DNA of 64,000 nucleotides. Source: an uncultured Planctomycetota bacterium. Lineage in GTDB: Bacteria > Planctomycetota > Planctomycetia > Isosphaerales > Isosphaeraceae. The stretch lies in NCBI GenBank assembly GCA_963823665.1, contig CAWGMQ010000005.1:96001-160000 (forward strand). Reading direction: 5' to 3'. Position 1 is the first letter of the stretch. Every line of letters starts with the position of its first letter. A program made the translations under genes and the position numbers. The notes beneath the pieces were generated by a model that did no database searches, was not told where the DNA came from, and worked only from the letters and a program-made list of their open reading frames with translations. Below are positions 32,406 to 44,837 of the stretch, in pieces.

Positions 32406-33721
32406 TTACCGGAGACGCGCGAGCGCCGCCAAGCTGAGTGCGTCGCCGGGTGAATCGCGCAGCACCAGGCGATGCCAGGCGCTGCGCTTCGTCGAACCGG
32501 CCCATTTTTTCTCGAAGAGACGCCAGATGCTGGTAGAGCTCGGGATGTGGCTGGAGGCCGAGCGTCTTGATCTCGAGCACTTCGTAATAGACTCCACTCC
32601 GGTCTGACGCCCCTCTGGCATCCGGGACGGGAACATCATCGGTCTGGTCCGTGCCGGAGTAGGACCGGCGCATCTGCACCGCGGCGGATTTGAAATCCTT
32701 GTAGAAGCGGTCGACCCGAGCGTATTCCGCGTCATCGCGCACCTGGCGCAGCACGAATCGGTAGCGGTAGCAGACTCCCTCGTTGAACGGCTCGAACTCA
32801 AAGGCCCGGCGGTACGCCGCTGCGGCGCGCGGCCAATCGCGCAGGTTCTGGGCAATCATCGCGTCGTGCTTGGCGAAGCGTGCATCCCCGACGAGTACGC
32901 GGGGGAGCCTGGTGAACTCGGCGGCCAGCCGCTCGACCTGGGAAGCATTGAACAAGGCGGTGAACCAGGCGTCCCATGCTTCGGGTGAATCCGCGTGGCG
33001 CTCGAGTGCATCGCCCAAGATTTTCAGGCCCTCGTCGCTGCGGTTCACGCGGATCAAGCGCTTGCCCCAGCGTGATGCAGAGCGGAAGATGCTCGGGGTG
33101 CTCCTTCACGAGCGGCTCGAAGAGCAAGACCTGCATCAGCGGGTCAGGAGTTTCGATGTCGATTCGACACGTCTCGAGCAGGATTCGCACCCGGTCCCGG
33201 GGGTCGGGCTCGACCTCATGCACCTTCATGGCAAGGCGGTGGGCCTCCTCGCGGCGGCTCTCCTTGTCGAGAAGATCGACGAGTGCCCAGCCCGCTTCCG
33301 GCACGGTCGGGTCGAGCTCGAGCGCCTCGCGCCAGCACGACTCGGCCAGGTCAAAACGTTGCTGTTGATACTGAGCTTTGCCCTCGAAGAACTTCACTCG
33401 CGCGGCCTGTTTGTTCGTGCCGGGCCGGACGGCACGAAGATGGCCGAGGGCGAGCTCCGGACGCGCGTCGGCGGGCTCGGTGGCGAACTGAGCCATGAGC
33501 AGATGGGCACCGCTGTCATCGGAATGCACGCGCAGGTAGCGGTCGAGAAGCGCCTCGGCCCGCTTGAACTCTCCGACCCGCGCGAGTGCTTTGACCTCAT
33601 CGAGGCTGGGCGCGCGTGCCTGCGCCCGGCGAATTCCCAGGGCGAATACTGTGACGAGGGCCAACATGACCGCGGTCAGCAAAACGATCAGGATCTGGGG
33701 CCTACGATCAACCGAGCTCAC
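32406..33721 (-). CDS. Membrane-anchored TPR protein (frameshifted)
   Basis: N-terminal TM; WREALELDP, YRRAFEFEP; ends AWHRLVLRDSPGDALSLAALARLR. Confidence 0.8.
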
Positions 33722-33768
33722 ACGCGGAATCCGAGCGCCATTGTGGTCCGGATTCTATTATAGCGGAC

Positions 33769-34842
33769 TCAGAGTGAATAGCGCGGCCAGTTCTGGATCG
33801 AGGCCGGAGCTTGCAGGGCAGACTGCTCGCGGAGGCGCTTCACCGTCTGCCCAAGGAGATCGGCTTCGGCCGTGCGTCCGAGCAGACGATAGACGAGCTG
33901 GAGTTTGTACAAGATGTTGTACCGCCTGGGCGAGAGGGATCGCGCTCGGTTCAGTTGCCGCAAGGCCTCTGCCTGATCGTGGCGCGACTGGGCGAGCTTG
34001 GCGAGATTCATATAGGCCAGATAGTCGCCCGGCGCCATGTCTGCCGCCTGGAGGAAACAGCGCTCGGCGTCATCGAGGGAGCCGCGCAGAAAGTAGGTTT
34101 CGCCGAGGCGATTCATCAGCGAAGGATCGGAACTCTTCGACACGGCGATCGAGAGGAAGCGGCTGGCATCCTCGATTCGACCGACGCTGACCAGGTCTTC
34201 GGCGAATTGCCCGCAGAAGAGCGGGGGCATCTCGTGAAGCTCCGGGTCGAGCTTCACAACCTGTTCGAATGCAGCCACGGCTTGTTGCGGGTTGTTGTCG
34301 TTATGATAGACGACGGCGCGCAGCGTGGGCCCCAGCACGGAGCCGCCGGCAACCTGCTCGAGGCGATCGGCCAGCGCAAGAAGGTCGTCGATATCGTTCT
34401 GGACGAGCAAGACGCCGGCGAGCCGGCGCATGGCCGTCACGTTCTCGGGTGAGCGGGCGAGTACCTCATGGAAGGCCGGGATTGCCAGCTCGGGTCGCGG
34501 CCCGAGCGCCAGATGGTAAGCGCGCACCTGCAAGTCTGCCAAATCAAGATGACCGGCCAGCCGGTAGTAGGGCTCGGCTTCCAGCGCGTAGTTGAGCCGG
34601 CTCAGGCACTTCGCGGCGAGCAGGGCTGCTTCGCGGCTCCACGGCTGTTTGTCCAGGTATGCGAGCGAGCGTGAGAGTCCAACCGCGAAATCATCCCGGG
34701 AGTAGGCCTGCTGTCCGTCAACAAGCGCGGTGGAGCGCGTCAAGTTCCACGCCGTAGCGACGATGAGCCCGAGCGGCAGTACGGCGAAGATGATCAGCTT
34801 CAGCGATCTGTGTGACCTTCTCGCACGCGATTGAGGCGTCAT
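33769..34842 (-). CDS. Membrane-anchored TPR protein
   Basis: TM then TPR repeats (FEQVVKLDP, AADMAPGDYLAYMNLAK). Confidence 0.85.
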   Translation of the reverse strand: MTPQSRARRSHRSLKLIIFAVLPLGLIVATAWNLTRSTALVDGQQAYSRDDFAVGLSRSLAYLDKQPWSREAALLAAKCLSRLNYALEAEPYYRLAGHLDLADLQVRAYHLALGPRPELAIPAFHEVLARSPENVTAMRRLAGVLLVQNDIDDLLALADRLEQVAGGSVLGPTLRAVVYHNDNNPQQAVAAFEQVVKLDPELHEMPPLFCGQFAEDLVSVGRIEDASRFLSIAVSKSSDPSLMNRLGETYFLRGSLDDAERCFLQAADMAPGDYLAYMNLAKLAQSRHDQAEALRQLNRARSLSPRRYNILYKLQLVYRLLGRTAEADLLGQTVKRLREQSALQAPASIQNWPRYSL

Positions 34843-35324
34843 GGGGCGTCGACCTGTGCTACGCTCGCTTCCGTAGCCAACCGGCAGAAGCGGGAGTAGA
34901 GACAGAGCACGGCGGGGTGCACACTGGTGCGCCCTACGGAATGTGCCCTTTCCTTCGTTCCAGCTTGACATAAAATTCGCGGCGCGTGAAGGGTTGGCTT
35001 CCGCGTCAGGCTGCTCCGCACGGATCATGATCAAGCGGCTCGCCTACGTCTTTCCGAGCTCCCCTGATAAGCAGTTCGATCCGACGGGTTTGCGTGTGAA
35101 AGAGATGCTGCCCTGCGACATCTGCGTCATTTCTCGGCTCCGATTTTCCACATTGGAGCGATCGTTCCGTGTATGCGGTTGCCGCCCGTGCTGCCGTAGG
35201 TCCGGCACTCCTGCCGGCCGCGCTGCCCCGGGATTGTCGCCTTTCGCTCCGCGACGGGATTCCTCGTCCACCCCACGCCACGACCGAGAGGGCCACTGAA
35301 ATCCACGACAGTGACACCCGCTAG

Positions 35325-35544
35325 ACATAGTGAACAGCCACGGAGACGGAAACTGGCAATCTTGCGTGGCATATGCCAAGGCACTTTTCGCGCGCCGAAA
35401 ACCGCGAACTTAGGTTCCGATCCTTGTACGTGAATTGGAGTTCCGGCTGACTAGCTCCGCGTGGCACGACCGATCGCCGACCCGAAAAGTGGCAAAAAGT
35501 GGCAATATCTAGAGGGCCTTCCAGCATCCGTACACCAGTGTAAA
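35325..35544 (-). repeat. Three-block non-coding element, copy B (inverted relative to copy A)
   Basis: Reverse complement matches 10168-10389 in three blocks with near-identical spacing. Confidence 0.8.
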
Positions 35545-35750
35545 TTGGCAGTGCTGAGAGGTGGTACGTGGCCGTCGGCCGTCTTGCTTCGTCCATTGTT
35601 CCAAACGAACGATAAACGCGGCGCAACGCCGCTGCCGAGACCATCGAGTTCACCGCTCCCACATCTGGATCGAAATGCCAGAAGCGAGCGCAAACGCAAG
35701 TCGACACGACACACTTTCACGACATCCTCCGCTCATCGACGCGAGCTTTA

Positions 35751-35816
35751 CGTAGGTCAGGCTTTAGCCTGACGATTTCCTCGCGTAGATCAGGCTTAAC
35801 CCTGACGATCTCCCTC
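35751..35816 (+). repeat. Tandem GTAG-type REP units (33-bp period)
   Basis: CGTAGGTCAGGCTTTAGCCTGACGATTTCCTCG then CGTAGATCAGGCTTAACCCTGACGATCTCCCTC. Confidence 0.75.
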
Positions 35817-37015
35817 CGGATACGGCCACGCTTCCCCAAAAACTGGTACGACATGGTACTGGATGGTACGAATTTCAAAGAATCCTCCTCCCTCCCAATC
35901 GCGTTTCTCAGCCCGCCGCAAGGCTTTGCGTTGCGCACCCGAGGCGAGCGGGCAAGCTGGTGGTCACACGGGCGAACAACGAGGACCGTATTGCGATCCC
36001 AAAGCCAGTGAGATCGAGATTTGAGCCACGGACGGACCAACCAGCACGCTCGTCCCGGCAACCCGCAGCCTCGCGACGCCGACCAGCCCAGCCCGGTCCC
36101 GCGCCTGCGACGCACTTCCCCCCTTCATTATATGTGCGACCGGTTTGCGGCCCCGACAACATTTCGTGCCTAGTTTTTCATTCGACAAGAAACGCAAAGT
36201 CAAGCGAGCAAAAGAATTAACCGCTGCTCTCATTTCGCTCTGTTGTGCCCGTTCAACGCGCATTGAAAACGGCCCAGCGGAACATTCTTGATCGCAAGAA
36301 AACAACACAAACGCCCCGCCCTCATGAGGCGGCCATGCCGGGTCGGTTCAACTCCGTCTCGCGTTCCGGACTCATTCTACCGCGCGCCGATCCCGTCCAA
36401 TGGCCTGTGCGAGCTCCGGAGATAGCGACAGCGGCCGAGCCGAGCTCCTCCGGCGGTCGGTTGCTTCGACGACGGCCTCCGCTGCTACTCTTGCGGATCA
36501 CTGGGACGGAATAGCCGATACGGCGACGTCGTTCCCATGCGCCGTTTTGATCACATCGAGAATGGCCGGGGCCCGCGTTAACCTCCGTGAGGTTCCAGCC
36601 CATGGAACTCCAAGCGTCAAACCCATCGTCACCAGCGTCTTCGAGTCCCCAGAACACTTCCCTCGCTACTGAATTCCCCCGCGCTCCGCGTGAGGACCCA
36701 GACATCCACCCTCTGCTGTCGGTCCCGCGGAAAGGCACACGCACTCGACTCGCACCGGTTTGCGTCCCGCGATCGCTGGGTACCTCGCGGCCGACGCCGC
36801 ACACAGCACGCGCTTTGCCGCGCACGGTCAGCAACCGGATGCGCTCGGCTACGTCGCCGGCGTTTTGCACGCGTCGGTTGCTGCGAACCGCTCGATATCG
36901 ACGGCCGTGCTTCGTCGCTTGCCGCGCCAGCGAAGGAAACGACTCAGGTTGGCGTCGAATCCAATCGAATTCCGCGTACACCGCTGCGACCAGCGCTTGC
37001 GAGCGGGCCGCTTAC

Positions 37016-38233
37016 TTACAGAAACGCGACCTGCGCGGCCGCCTTGCCCTGAAACCAGCGCCGTGAGCAACGCGGCGCAGCGTGCACAAGCGAACTCGCT
37101 CGACCCGCCGCTTGCTTGAACATGCGACCGAAGTCGCGCACCGTGTCCACCCAATTCGATCGATCCACTCCCAGTCGGTCCAGGATGGGCGCCAGGTCTT
37201 CAGGAATTACCCCACGCTTGTCCCGCCGCAGTTCCCGGCCCGTCCAATCGAGCAGCATGGCATACTTTCTGGTCTCGATCGGCAGAAACCCTTGATCCGA
37301 CGCCCGCGCAGGGAGCGGCCGTTTTGACGCCGCCCGGACTGGCACGGTCGAGAACCGCGGCAGAAGAGCCTGCCGGTGCCCGACGCCCCGACACATCGAC
37401 ATCGTCACTCGCGATTCGTTCACGCGGCGCAACCGTTTCCGACGGTGCAGCCAATGAGCTTTCGGCCTGGGCCGTTCTGTGAACGACATCGGTCTCCCGC
37501 AATGTCAGTTCGCACAACCATCCATCCGGGCGATCAAAAATTTCGGGCGAGCTTTCCTCGCGCGATGTATGCAACCCACCCGGAGTTCCGGCGAGGCCCA
37601 GAATGCGGTTACACCCCGACGTGAAATGCGATTCCTCCGGCGTACGGGCGATTCCCGCCCGAATCGGGTTGAGATCGACATAGACGCTGCATGCCAAAAG
37701 CGCCGCCTCATCGAGAAGCGGCTGTGACTTGAAGCGCCCGGCCCAGAATCTGCCGGCCGAGCCTTCATCGCGATTGGCCGCTCGGGCAACCCATTCGCAC
37801 AAACTCATCATGAACCACGACAGACTCGACAACCGCCCGCGCAGCGCCGCCATCCTGCCAGCGTCGGCCATGAGCATTGCCAGGTCGTTGTCGTCGGGCT
37901 CCGCCGGCTCGCCGGTAAGCTCGTCACGTTGCGGAAAGAGCCTGCGCAGCGCAGTGCGACTTCGGCGTCGGACCACTGCTCCACGCTGTCAGGTCGATTG
38001 CGGAGCACGAGATGCAGGTGGTTGCTCATAATGGCATAACCGCACACTAGAGCGCCGAAGAGTCCGGCGAGGGCGCGTAGCCGATCGAGAATCCAGGCCT
38101 TACGGTGAGAGTAATCACGACCGGAGTAAGAGTCGGTGCCGCACAGGAAAGCTCTTCGGACGCACCGAGCAATGCAGTGATAAACGCCCACGCACTCTTC
38201 GTGGACGATGTAGCGGCGAGCAGAGGCCGGCAC
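37016..38233 (-). mobile_element. HUH/Y1 tyrosine transposase (IS200/IS605 superfamily, long RAYT-like form), frameshifted
   Basis: YHCIARCVRRAFLCG, YAIMSNHLHLVLR (HUH), FWAGRFKSQ, YVDLNPIRAG (catalytic Tyr), LLDWTGR. Confidence 0.85.
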
Positions 38234-38513
38234 GTAAGGCTCCATCACCAGGCAGGAACTCCTCCGATCTCCGGGTGTTCCTCCAAAACGTCGGTGGTCC
38301 CACCAGCCGGCTCACGCCGGCTGCAAATCGCCCGAACGCTACTTCCTCATGTACAATATGCGTCGACTTTGCAGATTCGTCGCGCGGTAGACACCCGCAG
38401 CGCGTGAAGGGTTAATATCCTGAGAAAGCCGAGCGGCACTTCTGAAGGCTGGGCGACGAGCCGGCCTGCTGTGGGCAGCACTCCGCTATGTCTACCTGAT
38501 TCGATGGAGCACC

Positions 38514-41500
38514 GTGTTGAGATTCGCACCCCTGCCGCTCATTGCCGGTTGTTTCATCTCGCTGTTCTTGCTGTGTTTCTTTCCAGTGCTCTTTCAGGAC
38601 CGGCAGTTTGGTTTTCGTGACGCGGGTCATTTCTACTACCCGCTCCACGAACGTGTGCAGAAAGAATGGAACGAGGGCCGCTGGCCGCTCTGGGAGCTGG
38701 AAGAGAACGCGGGCACACCGCTCTTGGGAAACCCGGCGGCAGCCGTGCTCTACCCCGGAAAACTTGTGTTCGCTGCGTTCCCTTATGCATGGGCAGCGCG
38801 GATTTACATCGTGATGCACACAGCGCTCGCATTCGTTGCGATGCTCGTGCTCCTGCGATCGTGGGCCATCAGCCCCTCGGGAGCAGCCATGGCGCGCTGG
38901 CCTACGCCTTCGGCGCTCCGATCCTGTTCCAGTACTGCAACGTGGTCTATCTGGTTGGTGCGGCGTGGATGCCGCTGGGAATGCACGCGATTGACGGCTG
39001 GGTGCGCCTCGGCCGCCGGTGGGCTCTCTGCGAGCTGGCGGCGGTGCTGGCGCTGCAAGTGCTTGGAGGCGACCCGCAGGCTGCATACCTGCTTGGTCTT
39101 GCGGCAGCCGGCTACGCACCGGGTCTGGCGTGGAGCCGGGCCCGCGCAAGCGCGGCCATGGCGGCTGCGGAAGGGGATTCTGTGAGCGGCAAACAGATTC
39201 GTTTCTTTGTTCGCGTTCTTGGTTTGATCGCCGCGCTTTTGCTATGGGCGATCGCGACGGTCGCGGTGGCTATGTTGCTGCCGAAACTGCGAGAGCCCCA
39301 TCCGGGCGGGCCGACACCTCCGCTCCGATGGATGCCGCTGATGCCCCTGGCGGTTGCGATCGGGTGGGCCCTCTGCGGACTGGGAGTGCTCTACTTTTAT
39401 TACTGGCGCCGCCGCGGCTGGCGAAAACCGCTGGGGGCCATGTGGCTTGGCCTCGTCACGGCGGCTCTGCTGGCGGCGAGCCTGACCGCGGCGCAGCTCC
39501 TTCCAGTCATCGAATTCATGCAGCGGACGACCAGGGCAACCGCGGCCGGTCCCCACGGCATCTACGTCTTCAGCGTCGAGCCGCATCGCCTGGCCGAGCT
39601 CCTCTGGCCTGATATCGGGGGCATGCCGTTTGGCGAGAACAGCTACTGGCCTGACGCCGTCAAGATACCGGGTGTTTATCCCAGAATTTGGGTACCGTCG
39701 CTCTACGTGGGAGGGATGACCTTCCTCCTCGCGCTCTGTGCGCTTTCGCTGCGGCGCGGTCCGGCCTGGCGCGTCTGGGTCTCGGCGATCGCGATTGTCA
39801 GCTCGCTCGGCGGAATGGGGCAATACACCAGCCCGATCTGGGCGGCACGAACGGCCCTCGCCGTGGCCAATTCGCCGCGGCTCGAACGCCTCGCCGGGGA
39901 GCTGGGGCCACTTGGCGCTCCCGGCGATGCGCCAATCCGCCAGGACGGGTTTCTCAAGGATGGTGATGGGAGCATCTACTGGTGGATGGCAACGGTACTA
40001 CCGGGCTTTCGCCAGTTTCGCTACCCGGCCAAGCTGTTTTCGGTCACTTCGCTCGCGTTGGCCGTCCTCGCCGGAGCGGGATGGGACTCGATCTCCGCCG
40101 GCCAACGAAGGCGAGCGATCGTGACCAGCGGTGTTCTCATCGGGCTCAGCCTTTGCGTCCTTGTAGGGGTCGCCGTCTGGCAACAGCCGATTCTGGAGGC
40201 ATTCCGATCGTATGCGGGCACTGCGGAAACGGGACCGCTCGACGCGGTCGGGAGCTACGCTGCGATCGTGCGCAGCTTGGTGCATTCTTTGATCGTGCTG
40301 GGACTGTCGCTTGTGATCTTCACAATTGGTCGTGCGCGCCTGCGCCTTGCAGGCGCAGCCGCACTCGTGCTGATGACGATCGACCTGGCCGCAGCCAACT
40401 CGCGGTACGTGATGACCGTCGCGCAATCGCTTTTTGATCGACGGCCGATGCTCGTGAAGATCATCGAGAAAGCCGAAGCGGACCGGAACCCGCCCACGGC
40501 CGGCCCATTCCGGGTGCATCGAATGCACGAGTGGAGCCCAGTTATTTGGAACGTCACGCGATCGCCGGAACGAGAAGCCGACATTGTCGCGTGGGAGCGC
40601 GATACCATCGGGGCGAAGTACGGCATCAACTTCGGCATCAACTACACGCATTCGACAGGCTCGGGTGAGCTTTCTGACCACGAATGGTACTTCGCGGCGC
40701 TCATCGTGTTCTGGCCGGCCCGGAAATCGCGAGCTGGCTGGGCACCAAGGTGGGTGAGCCTGTCATCTACCTCCCCCGCCGCGCCTATGACTTGTGGAAC
40801 ACGCGTTATTTCATCGTCCCCGCCTTTGCAAACGGCTGGCGCGACGAGGCGCGCGCCTCGGCTGCGTTCCGATTTGAAAGCGAGCTGGTCTATCCCGAAG
40901 CTGGTCGCTTCGACGGACCTCACGGAAAGGAAGACTCGAAGCACTGGATCGACTCACAGGACTACGAGGTTCTGCGCAATGCGCAGGAGTTTCCTCGTTC
41001 GTGGGTCGTGCACATCGCCAGACCGATCCAGTCGTTCGAGGAGTCGTCGCGCGACCTTCGAGCGGCAGCGATGAAGGAGATCCTCTACGCGGGGGACCTG
41101 TTCTGGAATGAACAGGGGCTCACGCCGTTCGACCCGCGCGGCGTGGCATGGGTCGACAGCGCGGATATCGCGCGGATTGCACCGAAGCTCTCGGGCCTGC
41201 CGCCCGAAAAAAGCGAAACGGTCAAGGTCCGTTATCCAGACCCGCAACGGGTTATTCTTGAGGTCACTCTCCAATCGTCCGGCCTGGTGATCCTGAGCGA
41301 CGTGCACTACCCGGGCTGGCAGCTCAAGATCGACGACGACCCGGCACCGATTTATCGCGTGAACGTCTCGATGCGCGGGGCGCTCGTCGCCGCCGGCCCG
41401 CATCGCCTCGAGTATTCGTTTGCGCCGCGATCGTTTCAGATCGGGTTCATTGGCTCCTTCGCCGGGATCTGCGCATGGCTGGCGCTCGGACTGTATTGCA

Positions 41501-41580
41501 CCGTTCGACCCGTTCATCCGGTGCTGGCGATGGGCCGGGAGATCAAGCGGACACGTCGAATCAGCGGTTCGATGGGCTGA
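38514..41580 (+). CDS. YfhO-like polytopic GT-C membrane protein (frameshifted)
   Basis: WPLW...AGTPLLGNP...LYP; FRQFRYPAK; C-terminal LVILSDVHYPGW...RVNVSMRG. Confidence 0.85.
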
Positions 41581-41609
41581 ATCGACGTGGATCTTGCCGA
41601 GCGATTTGA

Positions 41610-42713
41610 TCAGAGCTGACCGCTGTCGAAAGCCTCGTTGCCGTCCGGAGTTGCGATCGCATACCAAGGCTGCCAGTTCACGCTGGTCTTGACGAACCGC
41701 ACCGAGCCGTCCATGAACAGGACGTTTACACCGCCCGGGTGGTTCGAGCTGGCGTTTTCCAGCGTGACGGTGGCGCGGCTATCGACGTTTGCGTCGGAAT
41801 ACTCGCAGCAGTAGCGATTCGGCAGGTTCGTGTGCGAGTAAATCTGGCTCGGCCCCCACATCCACCACTCGCCCTTATAGCTCGAGGCTTGATTGGCATT
41901 AATCGGCTGGACCGTGGCACAGGATTGAGCGAACTGAAGATCGGTGGGGAACGCGCCGGTTTGCGCTTGACCGGGCAGGTAGTAGACCATGCCCAGGCCG
42001 TTCGTGTCCGGACTGCCATGTGCAGGGCCTTTCACCCATTCACTGAAGATCGCGGTGCCGCTCGTTCCGTCTGTGAAATTGTTCGTCCCGATCATACGCT
42101 GGCCGATGCCGTCCCAGGTGGACAGAATATAGTTCGGTCCGTTCATCTGCCAGTTGAAGCAGACACCGCCGCCGTTGATGCGCCTGTTCTGGCCGATGTT
42201 TGACGGGTAGTTGCTGGCCCCGGTGATCGAGGTTGTCTGGCTTACAAAATTGTTGGGGGTTGTTCCGCCTTTGTTGTTGTCGGACGGGCAGATGAAGTAC
42301 GGAATCTGCATGACGACCACGGTACCGTTCGGCATCTCGTTCTGGATCTGAGAACCGCCGGGGTCATTCCAGCGCGCGCCGAAGGCATGGTTCCACGCGT
42401 TGTACGCGGCCGTTTGTTCCATGTACGGCAGCAGCCGGAGCTTCTGCGAGTAGTTCTGGTGTGGTTGTTGAAGCGCCGTGGTGCTGTTGGGCAACCAGGC
42501 TTGATCAACCGAGACGGGCGGCAAGAGAGTCATTGCCGTCACGTAATTGTTCATCGCGAGGCCGATCTGCTTCAAGTTATTGGTGCACTGCGCCCGCCGT
42601 GCGGCTTCGCGCGCCGCCTGGACCGCGGGCAACAGCAGCGCGATCAAGACCGCGATGATGGCGATCACCACGAGCAGCTCGATCAATGTAAAACCCCGAC
42701 GTCTCTGGATCAT
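41610..42713 (-). CDS. DUF1559 prepilin-like protein, copy 1
   Basis: [54 protein letters not shown] (H-X9-DG). Confidence 0.95.
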   Translation of the reverse strand: MIQRRRGFTLIELLVVIAIIAVLIALLLPAVQAAREAARRAQCTNNLKQIGLAMNNYVTAMTLLPPVSVDQAWLPNSTTALQQPHQNYSQKLRLLPYMEQTAAYNAWNHAFGARWNDPGGSQIQNEMPNGTVVVMQIPYFICPSDNNKGGTTPNNFVSQTTSITGASNYPSNIGQNRRINGGGVCFNWQMNGPNYILSTWDGIGQRMIGTNNFTDGTSGTAIFSEWVKGPAHGSPDTNGLGMVYYLPGQAQTGAFPTDLQFAQSCATVQPINANQASSYKGEWWMWGPSQIYSHTNLPNRYCCEYSDANVDSRATVTLENASSNHPGGVNVLFMDGSVRFVKTSVNWQPWYAIATPDGNEAFDSGQL

Positions 42714-43373
42714 TGCCGGATTCCCTGTGTTAAGCCAGTAGAACCGAAAAAAAGACAACGGCGTGCACAAATCGCGTTCCGATCGACAAAGCGGTGAATT
42801 GTGGACGAACCCCCCAGCCAACCCGGCGCGCGCACCGAACGCCCGCTCGTTCTCAGAGCGATCAAAACGATCCCCTAATTGTTTAGGCGTCGTTTCTCTG
42901 AAGGCTGTCCGGAGAATCTGCAATGACGAACGACTCGAAGAACTGCGTCGCTGGTTGACTGCCGGCATATCGAGCCACGCCTGCGCGTGGATCGGTGGGA
43001 CTCAACGACCCGAATGGCCCCACCGCAGTTCGTCTGACGTTCGAGACTCCTTGCGCCGCGGCGGCATTCTAAATGAAGTAATTAGGACTAAAAATTTAGG
43101 ATAGCCGAACCTTCACGCCACTGTCAACCAGTTGTGGAGCAACAACGTATGCGAAGTTGTGGTGCTGCGGCTGCGGTACAGTGCGACTTTACTCGAGTAC
43201 CCTGTCGTTGTGCGCCGAATCGGCGATCAACAGCGATCGGCCGAGCGGGGCAGGAGAGAAGACGGCAAACGCTCCGAATGACGGACAGTTTGCGCTCAGA
43301 GAGTGCGCGAAGTAAGGAACAGGCCGGAAATAACTTCCCGATTTCGGTCTCAATCCTACCACGACGGAAAGCC

Positions 43374-43400
43374 CTCGTTCCGACGCTCTGCGTCGGAACG
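43374..43400. repeat. REP-like palindrome
   Basis: CGTTCCGACGC-TCT-GCGTCGGAACG perfect 11-bp stem. Confidence 0.7.
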
Positions 43401-43608
43401 GTCTTTGTGCCGCTCCGCGGCGCACTTCACGTAAATCGACGGAATTTGGTTCCGGCCCGTTCCTAAGCGCCAGCGGACCGGGCGCGAACCGCGAGCCCGA
43501 CGTTCAACAAAGACGAAACACCCCCACGCCCTCCGTCGCCCGAAAAGGGAGACGGAGGAGGGAGGGTGTAAAACCGAGTTCGGGTCGATTGCGTGAGCCC
43601 AACGGGAC

Positions 43609-44704
43609 TCAGAGCTGGCCTGAGTCGAAAGCCTCGTTGCCGTCAGGAGTCGAGATCGCATACCAAGGCTGCCAGTTCACGCTGGTCTTGACGAACCGCA
43701 CCGAGCCGTCCATGAACAGCACGTTCACACCACCCGGGTGGTTCGAGCTGGCGTTCTGCAGTGTGACGGTGGCGCGGCCATCGACGTTTGCGTCGGAATA
43801 CTCACAGCAATACCGATTCGGGAGGTTCGTATGCGAGTAAATCTGGCTCGGCCCCCACATCCACCACTCGCCCTTCCAGCTCTGGGCTTGATTGCCATTA
43901 ATGGGTTGAACCGTAGCACAGGCCTGAGCGAACTGAAGATCGGTCGGGAACGCCCCGGTACCCGCTTGACCGGGCAGGTAGTAGACCATGCCCAACCCGT
44001 TCGTGTCCGGACTGCCATGCGCGGGGCCTTTCACCCATTCGCTGAAGATCGCGGTGCCGCTCGTTCCGTCTGTGAAATTGTTCGTCCCGATCATACGCCC
44101 GCCGATGCCGTCCCAAGTCGACAGGATGTAATTCGGCCCGTTCATCTGCCAGTTGAAGCAAACTCCACCGCCGTTGATGCGCCTGTTCTGGCCGATGTTT
44201 GACGGGTAATTACTGCACCCAGAAATCTGGGTTGAGACGGCTGAGAACTGGTTCGGCTGTGATCCGCCTTTGTTGTTGTCGGACGGGCAGAGGAAGTACG
44301 GAATCACCATGATGACCACGGTGCCGTTCGGCATCTCGTTCTGGATCTGGTTCACGTCGGTCCAGCGGGCGCCGAAGGCATGATTCCAGGCATTGTATGC
44401 CGCAGTCTGTTCCATGTAAGGCAACAGCCGCAGCTTCTGCGAGTAGTTCTGATGCGGTTGTTGAAGCGCCGTGCCATTGGGCTGCCACGCTTGATCAACC
44501 GCGACAGGCGGCAAAAGCGTGAACGACGTCACGTAATTGTTCATCGCGAGACCGATTTGCTTCAGGTTGTTCGTACATTGGCCCGCGCCTCGCGGCCTCG
44601 CGCGCCGCCTGCACGGCAGGCAATAACAGTGCGATCAACACTGCGATGATGGCGATCACCACCAGCAGTTCGATCAACGTAAAACCCCGACTTCTTCGGA
44701 TCAT
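43609..44704 (-). CDS. DUF1559 prepilin-like protein, copy 2 (frameshift near 44585)
   Basis: Same motifs as copy 1; near-identical protein. Confidence 0.95.
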
Positions 44705-44837
44705 TTTGGAATTCCCTGTATGAGACCGTTCGAATCGAAAAAAACACCGGCGAACACTGGCCACGTTCTCGTCGTAAAACAATCAATCAAAGGTCGGGAA
44801 GCGTCCTGCACCCCGCCCGATGGACAGACTCCAACCG

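Noticed and set aside
36322..37066. Overlapping ORFs downstream of the transposase (possible tnpB or cargo)
   Set aside because: No RuvC or zinc-finger motifs and no convincing RBS; cannot be supported as genes
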